Assembly: GCA_964016885.1 (NCBI GenBank) | Contig: OZ024750.1 | Coordinates: forward strand, 21,328,001-21,392,000 | Direction of reading: 5' to 3' | DNA: 64,000 nt | DNA from: Eledone cirrhosa | Lineage: Eukaryota | Shown: piece after piece, positions 12,083-24,523 of the stretch | Numbering within the stretch: position 1 is the first letter of the stretch | Layout: each line of letters opens with the position of its first letter | Program-made: the position numbers and the translations under genes | The notes under the pieces: generated by a model | What the model was told of the DNA's origin: nothing | Seen by the model: only the letters and a program-made list of their open reading frames with translations | Databases searched by the model: none

Positions 12083-14869
12083 TATATATATATATATGTG
12101 TGTGTGCGTGTGCCTGCGTTTAGATCTGTATATTTAAATATAGAAATATTTATGTAATATTTTCCTTTAATACACAAATGTTAATATTTCCTATCTAATA
12201 TGTGTGTATTTACATTAGAGACACGAGATACACAGGAGAAATATCATTACGAGATGTATACACGGGCCTCTTTATACGTTAATGTGAATATTCATTTCGG
12301 ATGACGCGACGTTGATAAATGAAGCGTTATCTAATATCTATCCGATTCTCTCTTTCCTGTGTCACCACAGTCTGGTTTGGAGACAGCGTATACGGAATAT
12401 ACCCTTTCATGTATGCTGGCCAGGTTACGCCCAGAATATCAGACTTCATCAAAACATGTACTTTGTAATTTAAAGAGTTTAATCCAAGATCCCATGCATA
12501 TTTATATCTCAAATTCCAATTATCCTCCCATGATTATATCTAGGGCAAAACCATTGTAGTTGAGATAGGTTTTGTTCTCAGATGTGTTGACGAGATCATT
12601 TCTGATAACAGAGACTAGTATTTAGTTAGTTTTTAGCACTGACAGTCAGATGTATGAAGTATTAGAGAATTGACCTTACATTGTGAACTTCGCAGATTGT
12701 TCATTAAGTTAAATTTGCTACCATATGGATTCCCGAATATGGTTTTGCATTTCAGGTTAGAGCAGTACCCTCTGTGACAACCTCTGTCAAAAAGTAGTTT
12801 CTTTGTTTTATAGTTGCTAAATAGTCCTATGAGTAAAGTCCTATCTGGTGATCATGCCTTCCTTTATATCACACAAAGCAGTGTTTATTACACAATTCAT
12901 TATTTAGGTTACTATAGTGTCATTTCAGACAGAATCGGCAGTTATTTCTAACAAGTTATGTGACCATGTTTATTACTCTGACGCAAGTTTCTAAAATAAA
13001 GCATTTACATTAGAAAGTAAAATCCATTATAATATCTCGAGTTTGTTTTCTTGTGCTCTTCAAACGTTAAACGATAATGTATGAGAAACAATTTTACTAA
13101 AGTGACAATTTAACCCAGGAGCTATATGTTGACGCGACTATTATTACAAAATTGAATTAAATATACTTCTTTGCTTCATCAGAAATGTCCATTATGTTTT
13201 CTAATATCAAGTGAATGATTAGTCTCCAAGAAATCTAAAGTTGCTATACGTTTGAAAATAGTAAATACGTAGTAGATTAAAATAGATTGCCGTGCCTGAG
13301 TCAGAAGTGAAATCTTATTTCGAGCAGATTCTTGCGTGTGTCGACGTTATATGAAGGAAAATTTTCTTACCTCTAACTCTGGACCTCTTTTATTCTCCAT
13401 GGTGATAAACATCATCCAGATTTGTAAACTTCTATTGTAGTCAATAATAAATTAAACTAGTGTGACTCAAATTCAGCAATAACCATTGAAAAACCACACG
13501 ATCACTTGGCTTGTCAAGAAACAAGAGAATATACTGGCTATCTTAGTCTAAGATATATCTAAAGAAAAACTCTGAATCCTCACATCTTTCATCATAGGGC
13601 TGATATAAACCTAAACAGCAATAAAAACAACAGCAGCATTATAAAAGAATTATTGCCGCTCAACATATATATCAGCAATTTTTCTTTACTACCGCAATTA
13701 TTTACTGTTTGAAAGAACTAGAGTTTAGTGAAAATCTGTTAATGTTTACGTGGTATACGCCTATAAAAAGTAAACATCTTGGATATCGAAAGAATGGCGA
13801 GAAGACACTTAGAAACGACGGCTCGCTTCTGGCTTTCATAATTCTCCCTTGGTTACATCCTGCACATGTATGAATTCTTTTCAGAGCAACTATTCTTTAG
13901 GAGATGAATACTATAACTTTCTTTCCAAGTATCACTTTCAAATAGTACTTTTTTAATAAGCAATTTTATTGTATTACATTCTATTTCATTTTCATTTTTC
14001 TTTATCTTTTCCCCGAAAGTAACCATTTACCCGGTGTGTATGAATCAATACCCCCTTAATAAATCAATCCAATCTTTTTCTTTCATCTAACTGCGAAGCA
14101 GAGCAGCCTTTCGATTTCGAATTCCTATAAGTAAACAGAACTGACACAACAAAGCAGATCACAAAATGGCCGTCTTTTCTCCATTATTCTAACAACCATT
14201 TCAGCGTGACCATACCAATTTGTTCTCTTTGATGTCAAGCTTTTCTTCTGGCTGTTTAATTTCTCTATATATTGATAAATCTTTCGTAGGCTCTTGACCT
14301 ATAAATTTAAGACGCTGACAAAGGTCAAACAATCACATTAACTCGCTCATTTCTTTTCTATAATATACCTTCTCTCTCAGTTCAATTTCCTTTGACTTCT
14401 AATGCTTAGCATCTCGCGTTTTTCTCATTCTACTATATATCAATTATTTCTTTTTCTAGAGGTTGTGTTGAACGCAGCAGTGAAATGCTGCCACAGAAGT
14501 TGTTGATTCAGTACATTATGCAATTCGTTGCATCACACATTTGAGTTCATATCTCACATTATATTTTTCCAAACAATTAAAACCGATAATCTACGAGAGT
14601 TTATCCTAATATCCTTCACAGTAAACTTTAACCTTCTATTAAGTCAAAAAGATTGAGTAATATTTTTTATTCTATTGTTTACCCATTTTTTTTCTCTAAT
14701 CATTCCTTTCATATTGCGCATTTATACATATCATTCACATAGCTGCAACATTCATGCACTTATGGTTCCTTAGAAACGTTAACATATATTTACGGCCACA
14801 TATACATATTCATATATAAACTTCCATGAACATACGCACATACACATATACCTTTTTGCATATTCTTTA

Positions 14870-14955
<86 letters not shown>

Positions 14956-15492
14956 GTGAGGTCGTTTTACAAAATGAAAAATAACCGAGGTGTCTTACAC
15001 GAGTGAAAGTATAAAGAAAAAAAGATGAATTCGAAAATGCAACTGGAGTCTTATTTTTAAAACAATATATATATTTATTTGGTTCCTTTACCGGTTTCGC
15101 AGCTCTTCTGCTTTTCAAAAGTAGAGTTGAGATGGAGGGTCTGTGGTTTTTCTCACATATATATATATATATATATATATTTATTTATATTGGGGGGTGT
15201 AAATATCCGTATGCACAACTACGGAAACCACACACTTGCTTATACATACTCATGTATAGTAATAACGTGTTTTACGCACACGTATACCGACATAATTTCT
15301 TAAATAAGTAACATTACCCTCTTATTCTCTTACGCTCATATTCTCTTACTTATATTCTCTTACACATATTAATATACATATGCAAGTAACACTCCTGCGT
15401 AACAAAGCTAACAAAAACTACCCATAATAAATGAATATATGAAATCTATTTCGGTATTTTACTACTCACTCTCATGTCCGTCATTAACACAT

Positions 15493-15556
<64 letters not shown>

Positions 15557-15901
15557 GAAAAGAGTCAGGACCCCGACGACTGATCCGAACTGAGTTCGGA
15601 TCTAGCTGACTCTTTTCGTATTACCCACTGTACTACCCTAAATATCGAGTACCCTGGTGCGTTACGGTCCAGTAGGTATCTTACCACACTTTCTTTGTTA
15701 TATATACATATATATATATATAATTATAATTGAATATAAAAGACTAACGAACACAGATATATACATATATGTGTTCAAATCGCAAGGGACCAGACTCACT
15801 AAGGTGAACAGAATACTAACTATAGACAATAGGGTTTGCCTGTCTCAATTTAAGAAAAAATCAAGAAAATAAATACAAACAGGAATTGTGGTAACTACCA
15901 A

Positions 15902-15981
15902 TCACCCAGACAGCTTAGTGTTGTTTCGCAATACTAATTAATTGTGAATAGAAATACCAATTCTTGCTCATCAGTGGGTAA
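15902..15981 (-). ncRNA. Type I hammerhead ribozyme motif (canonical core)
   Basis: Minus strand: ttaccca-CTGATGA-gcaa..ttgc-GAAA-ca(acactaagc)tg-TC-tgggtga; 7-bp stem I, G-C closed stem II, GUC triplet. Confidence 0.82.
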
Positions 15982-16119
15982 CAAATTAGTATCCTACACA
16001 CTTCTAAGTATATTAAGTAACTGAATAGTGTGCTATATATAATAACGCACATGGTATCTTAGCGTGTCTCACAAACGTACACCACTAAAAATAGCAGCCA
16101 TGTTTATTCGACATTTGAA

Positions 16120-16154
<35 letters not shown>

Positions 16155-16359
16155 TTGTGGTAAAAAACGGGGAGGTTATATCCAAAGGTGACAGAGCACT
16201 CACTCCATTGTACAAGTTCGGTATAAAGTTAGTTCCACACCAAATTACCAACTCTTACTTAAAAATAAGTATTCCACCCGAAGGATTCCTCAACTGCGTA
16301 CTCACAGGATCATCTTGTTTAATGATACTTAGAGTACGCAGTTGGAACTTCTGAGTAGG

Positions 16360-16525
16360 ATATATATATAGTAGTATATATATATACATGTATGTGTGTA
16401 TATATACATGTATGTGTGTATATATACATGTATGTGTGTCCTCCACCTACCCCCCACTCTCCTGGGCGTGAATTTAATAAACATTTGTCGTACTGCCTCT
16501 CTGTTCTGTCCCTGTTCAATTTTTC

Positions 16526-16578
<53 letters not shown>

Positions 16579-16793
16579 ATGTATGTGTATGTGTGTATGT
16601 ATATGTGTGTATATATATATATGTGTGTGTGTGTATGTATATATGTATGTGTGTATGTATATATATGTGTGTATGTGTGTATGTATATATATGTGTGTGT
16701 ATGTATATATATATATATGTGTGTATATGTATGTATATGTATGTGTGTTTGTGTATGTATATATATATATATGTATGTAAATGTATGTATGTA

Positions 16794-16859
<66 letters not shown>

Positions 16860-16952
16860 AACGAGTTGCAGAATCCTTCGGGTGAAACGCGTGTTCTCAA
16901 GTACAGCTAGCTATATTGTGGAACTAATTCTCTCTCTCTCTCTCTCTCTCCT

Positions 16953-17014
<62 letters not shown>

Positions 17015-17035
17015 CATACACACATACATGTATAT
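16360..17035. repeat. (TA)n/(TG)n compound microsatellite with short unique inserts
   Basis: Direct reading. Confidence 0.93.
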
Positions 17036-18214
17036 TTTTCACTTCCTCAACCGCTATCACTATAATATGGATAGATACACACATATTTCTTCTCAAGTTC
17101 TGTTTCTCAAATCATCTTATGTGTTTGCGGCTATTTGCCTTCTTCCGCTTACACTACTCCAGCCTTTCTCCCTTCTTACACGTATCTTTCTCTTTTATTC
17201 TTTTTTCCTTATTTCCCTTTATTCCATCATTTCTTTTCCCAATCGGTTTCCTTTTTATAATTTTATTTCTTTTCTTTTCCTCTGTTTTATTTCATCTCTT
17301 TCACTAACATTCTCTTTCCTTATTCTTTCATGTTTTTCTATTGACCAATTTCTTCGTTTTCTTGTATAGTTCTTCTCTCTCCACCAGTCAAATTTTTCTT
17401 ACATCCATCCATCTATCTCCTGTTCTGTACAACTTTTGGTCATTATCCCCAACAGATCACACACTAAACGCATATTGCACACATACACACACATTAAACT
17501 ACAGCACACTGTGTTCTTGTTGCCAATAAACCATGCTATAATGTTTGATCAAAGCTACCATTACAGTTTTTACAGCAGCTAAACCGTTTTTACCAGCTAA
17601 ATTTCTATCAACACCACAAACCGTCAACATTAGTTTTCATCATCTCTTCTTGGTTTAGTCACATCTATTCAACGTTCAATATATTCTCTCCCACAGAAAA
17701 ATAGATATTTCAATACTTTAAGCATATAAAAGAAAAAGATTTCAATCTATGTCTGGATTTTCTTTAACATTTTCTTAGAAATATAATTGTGTGTGAGAGT
17801 GTGTGAAGTGTGGCTTTGGGATATAATATATTTATTTTTTTCCATTTAATTCTGGTCTATTTTTTATTTTGTTCCAAATTATATATCATGAATTTCTGGT
17901 ATATTTCTTTATGAACAATTAACAGAACTTACTAAGACTAGCATATCTTGTCAGAAAACTACCAGAGCTTTTACAATGCTATACAATTGCTAATATATAT
18001 ACATCAATTTAGTTAACAATATGCATAATATACAGTATAGATGCAAGAATAGCAAGAATGTTAATCACTATCAAACAGTAGTTTTATGTTCTCGCTAACA
18101 TGAATAAACAGGTAGATTGAAAAGTAACTCCCTATTAAATACCGAATGGGACCTTACCATACTGCAAGATGAAACCTAGCCAGTTATCAGTACTTAGACA
18201 AATAATGAAGATTT

Positions 18215-18445
18215 GATTTGCTATTGTTGTTCGTGAATGGCTGAATGCCAACTTCCCTGGCATATGGATGGGTCGTCGTGGTCCACATGAGTGGCCAGTA
18301 AGAAGCCCCGACTTAACACCCTGCGACCTTTTTCTTTGGGGTTGGATAAAGGAGGAAGTCTACTCTACAGACCAACGACTTTGGAAGAACTTGAAGGGCG
18401 AATACGAAAGGTTATGTCTTCCTTGCGACAAGAATTCCTTTAGAA
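18215..18445 (+). mobile_element. Tc1/mariner-family transposase C-terminal fragment
   Basis: VREWLNANFPGIWMGRRGPHEWPVRSPDLTPCDLFLWGWIKEEVY: WPxRSPDLTPxD motif around the third catalytic residue; truncated and frameshifted. Confidence 0.88.
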
Positions 18446-18476
18446 TCATTGTCCTAGAGGCAGGTTTAGGTCTCGG

Positions 18477-18547
<71 letters not shown>

Positions 18548-18583
18548 TGTGTGTGTGTGTCTGTGTGTGTGTGTGTGTGTATA

Positions 18584-18974
18584 CGAGGGCAATCCCAAAA
18601 GTAAGGTCTCCATCCGATATTGCAACTTTTCCGTTAAAATCCTGCGGATGGTGCTTCAGGAAACCTCAGAACCAGAATGCAGAGAGCATCCAGCGATCCG
18701 CCGATATTTACGCATGTTTTCCTCGGAAGGAGACCTTACATTTGGCATTGGCCTCGTATATAATAACTGCGCGAAATTCGCACTTGGTGGTAGCGTTCAA
18801 CGAGAGATCCATTCCCAACTGCTGCCAAGCCAAGATACAGCTTCCCAACGAAGCACGTGCATGCTTGTTTGGGAGTGAAGGAAGCACCAATCACACCAGT
18901 CTTTCCAACAGCCGTACGAACAGTTTCTCTGCGTCCCCAGCTCCCTGGAGAGCTTACTTTTGGGATTACCCTCG
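18584..18974. mobile_element. Non-autonomous mariner-type element (391 bp)
   Basis: 29-bp TIRs cgagggcaatcccaaaagtaaggtctcca / tggagagcttacttttgggattaccctcg (2 mismatches), TA on both sides. Confidence 0.88.
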
Positions 18975-19060
18975 TATATATATATATATATATATATATA
19001 TGAGGTAGGGGACCGACCGCACGTATCGAGTACAACTTGATTTGCGGTCTTCTCTACCAC

Positions 19061-19131
<71 letters not shown>

Positions 19132-19846
19132 ATTATTTAAAGTCTATTTGCACTGATAACATGGGTTGGATTGGTTATCAATCGGGATAGAGACACATCT
19201 CCCTTATGTACTGTCCCTTACTCTATTCAGTGCACTATATATTTAATCGTCGTATCAGCAGTAACAACTCGTTATATCATGGAAAGAACTTGAGTCCGCT
19301 CTACTCCTTCTTTGGCAAGTTTTCCAAGGCTGGATGCGTTTCCTCTCATCACCACTTGTGAAACGAGTAAAGTTATATAGCCTCTAATACAGACAAAAAA
19401 TACACAATACATTTATCTGTTATCTAAGAGAAAATATTGAAGATAAATGTATTTGAAACTTATTGAAGGAGAAATTATGAAATATCTAGAAAATACAGGT
19501 TATTTTTGAGTTTTAGATACATCTTTTAAAACGACCCTTAAGAAATGTAAAAATTAAAAATAGATAATCGATAATATCATTATTTAAATATCAGTAAATA
19601 CGTGACAAGGTGCGCTATATAGCTTCTGGATAATCGGAGTAACACTCATTATTATAGTTATTTATGGCTAGATGCCCTTTGAAAATTGCCCCCTTGCCGG
19701 TACTATATGTATATATATATATAGTAGGGGGGATCCGGTAACAAAATATTCACGCATTCATGTATATTGGATATATGTATGAGCTTGTGTGAAAGCAAAT
19801 GCACGTTCTATATAAAATTAATGCACCTGTGCGTGCAAACATAAGC

Positions 19847-19932
<86 letters not shown>

Positions 19933-19972
19933 TTATATATACATAAACGCTTACATACACACACACATATTT

Positions 19973-20180
19973 ATATATAAAAACTTACATGTATACACGC
20001 ACACAAACACTTCTATGTAAGCATGTATGTATATATATATATGTGTGTGTGTGTATGTAAGCGTTTATGTATATGTACATAAACATATACATAAACGCTT
20101 ACATACACATACATATATATATACATACATGCTTACATAGAAGTGTTTGTGTGCGTGTATACATGTAAGTTTTTATATAT
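19973..20180. repeat. About 100-bp-arm near-perfect palindrome
   Basis: atatataaaaacttacatgtatacacgcacacaaacacttctatgtaagcatg.. is mirrored by ..catgcttacatagaagtgtttgtgtgcgtgtatacatgtaagtttttatatat. Confidence 0.9.
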
Positions 20181-20416
20181 CAAGATACTTGTTAAACTAA
20201 CATTACATTCCAAATACAAGAAGAATAGAAAGCATACGAGTACATGGGAGCATTTATGCTTTAGGCCATTCAGATTTATTACACTTATCTCACCAAGGAA
20301 TACGAAACACCGATAAAATCATATTTGCAGAAACTAATCGAAAGACTACGTAATCTTTCATTCTTTGAAAATGGATTGAGACAAGTGCTAAGAACGTGTT
20401 ATATATATTTATATCA

Positions 20417-20486
<70 letters not shown>

Positions 20487-21033
20487 ATGTATGGATATAT
20501 AACTTCCTTAAATACATAAATAATGTTATACAGAGAGAGAAACTTCAAGTTCTTCTGGGACCGAGGGTATATTTCTAAAGTTATCCAACAAACAGATATT
20601 TCGACAATGAAATTGTTTCGAGTTGTTAGGGCGTTCTTATCCAATCAGAAGATAAGATATTTTGAGAGTTATCACTGGGATGATATAATGCTTCTGAATG
20701 TTGCTCCCTCCCTTTTTTCCTTCTTCCTCTCTTTCTATTTGTGCTTTCCTCAGTGTGGATTATATATCAAACGAGGACACAACATTGATCTCAAAGAGAG
20801 AATTATATTATCTTTGTTACTAGGTTATAGTAGCAAGTTGCAATAGCCGTTACAATGTTATCAAGAAAGATGAATAGTCATATTGTTGTTACTAATACAG
20901 AACAAAATTATTGAACATAGAAATTCAACCTCACGTACTGTCCTTCATTTCAACATTCCACATATACTATTTCCAAAAGACAATGTATATCGGCTCATTT
21001 ACACACACACACAGTCACAAACACGTATTTACA

Positions 21034-21065
<32 letters not shown>

Positions 21066-21073
21066 TATAAATA

Positions 21074-21198
21074 TAGTAATAATAATAAATTTGAAGACTA
21101 AAATCCAAAGAGGGCTCGATAAGGATAAATATATATAGTTTCAGAAGATCCCGTTAAGGGTGAAAGTAGCGATTCTTTGCTTAAACTTTAATCTGTTA

Positions 21199-21206
<8 letters not shown>
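21074..21206 (+). repeat. Dispersed (TA)n-associated repeat, internally deleted copy
   Basis: tagtaataataataaatttgaagactaaaatccaaagagggctcga..ttcagaagatcccgttaagggtgaaag..ttaatctgttatttta; also at 43235-43360, 63298-63694 and partly at 32708-32758 (-). Confidence 0.85.
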
Positions 21207-22462
<1,256 letters not shown>

Positions 22463-24523
22463 TGAATATAGACATAGAATATTCGAAAATATTCTGTATG
22501 TTTATAATAAACATTTTGAAGACCTAATCGCTATAGAATAGAATACGTCACGTATTACAATTAGATTCTCGATAAAAGCAAGGGAAGTAATCTACGCGTT
22601 TCATTCTTGTTAGAAATCATCAGGACTACATATCCAGTGCTTTTATCGAGAATGACACAGCTAGAGACTTATAGAATACTTAGCTGTGTACAGGAACTGG
22701 TTTGAAAGAGCGGTTGCCGGTCCGGCAGAAATTAGAAATTGGAATAAATGCTCTGAAATAGCGATATATATGTGAATATAGACATAGAATATTCGAAAAT
22801 ATTCTGTATGTTTATAATAAACATTTTGAAGACCTAATCGCTATAGAATAGAATACGTCACGTATTACAATTAGATTCTCGATAAAAGCAAGGGAAGTAA
22901 TCTACGCGTTTCATTCTTGTTAGAAATCATCAGGACTACATATCCAGTGCTTTTATCGAGAATGACACAGCTAGAGACTTATAGAATACTTAGCTGTGTA
23001 CAGGAACTGGTTTGAAAGAGCGGTTGCCGGTCCGGCAGAAATTAGAAATTGGAATAAATGCTCTGAAATAGCGATATATATGTGAATATAGACATAGAAT
23101 ATTCGAAAATATTCTGTATGTTTATAATAAACATTTTGAAGACCTAATCGCTATAGAATAGAATACGTCACGTATTACAATTAGATTCTCGATAAAAGCA
23201 AGGGAAGTAATCTACGCGTTTCATTCTTGTTAGAAATCATCAGGACTACATATCCAGTGCTTTTATCGAGAATGACACAGCTAGAGACTTATAGAATACT
23301 TAGCTGTGTACAGGAACTGGTTTGAAAGAGCGGTTGCCGGTCCGGCAGAAATTAGAAATTGGAATAAATGCTCTGAAATAGCGATATATATGTGAATATA
23401 GACATAGAATATTCAAAAATATTCTGTATGTTTATAATAAACATTTTGAAGACCTAATCGCTATAGAATAGAATACGTCACGTATTACAATTAGATTCTC
23501 GATAAAAGCAAGGGAAGTAATCTACGCGTTTCATTCTTGTTAGAAATCATCAGGACTACATATCCAGTGCTTTTATCGAGAATGACACAGCTAGAGACTT
23601 ATAGAATACTTAGCTGTGTACAGGAACTGGTTTGAAAGAGCGGTTGCCGGTCCGGCAGAAATTAGAAATTGGAATAAATGCTCTGAAATAGCGATATATA
23701 TGTGAATATAGACATAGAATATTCGAAAATATTCTGTATGTTTATAATAAACATTTTGAAGACCTAATCGCTATAGAATAGAATACGTCACGTATTACAA
23801 TTAGATTCTCGATAAAAGCAAGGGAAGTAATCTACGCGTTTCATTCTTGTTAGAAATCATCAGGACTACATATCCAGTGCTTTTATCGAGAATGACACAG
23901 CTAGAGACTTATAGAATACTTAGCTGTGTACAGGAACTGGTTTGAAAGAGCGGTTGCCGGTCCGGCAGAAATTAGAAATTGGAATAAATGCTCTGAAATA
24001 GCGATATATATGTGAATATAGACATAGAATATTCGAAAATATTCTGTATGTTTATAATAAACATTTTGAAGACCTAATCGCTATAGAATAGAATACGTCA
24101 CGTATTACAATTAGATTCTCGATAAAAGCAAGGGAAGTAATCTACGCGTTTCATTCTTGTTAGAAATCATCAGGACTACATATCCAGTGCTTTTATCGAG
24201 AATGACACAGCTAGAGACTTATAGAATACTTAGCTGTGTACAGGAACTGGTTTGAAAGAGCGGTTGCCGGTCCGGCAGAAATTAGAAATTGGAATAAATG
24301 CTCTGAAATAGCGATATATATGTGAATATAGACATAGAATATTCGAAAATATTCTGTATGTTTATAATAAACATTTTGAAGACCTAATCGCTATAGAATA
24401 GAATACGTCACGTATTACAATTAGATTCTCGATAAAAGCAAGGGAAGTAATCTACGCGTTTCATTCTTGTTAGAAATCATCAGGACTACATATCCAGTGC
24501 TTTTATCGAGAATGACACAGCTA
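22463..24523 (-). mobile_element. Retrozyme-like tandem array, left block: about 6.6 copies of a 310-bp monomer, 7 hammerheads on - strand
   Basis: gacatagaatattc recurs at 22471, 22781, 23091, 23401, 23711, 24021, 24331; hammerheads at 22587-22629 and every +310 to 24447-24489. Confidence 0.9.
22587..22629 (-). ncRNA. Minimal type I hammerhead (first of 7 minus-strand copies)
   Basis: Minus strand: gtagtc-CTGATGA-tttct(aaca)agaat-GAAA-cgcg-TA-gattac. Confidence 0.87.
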
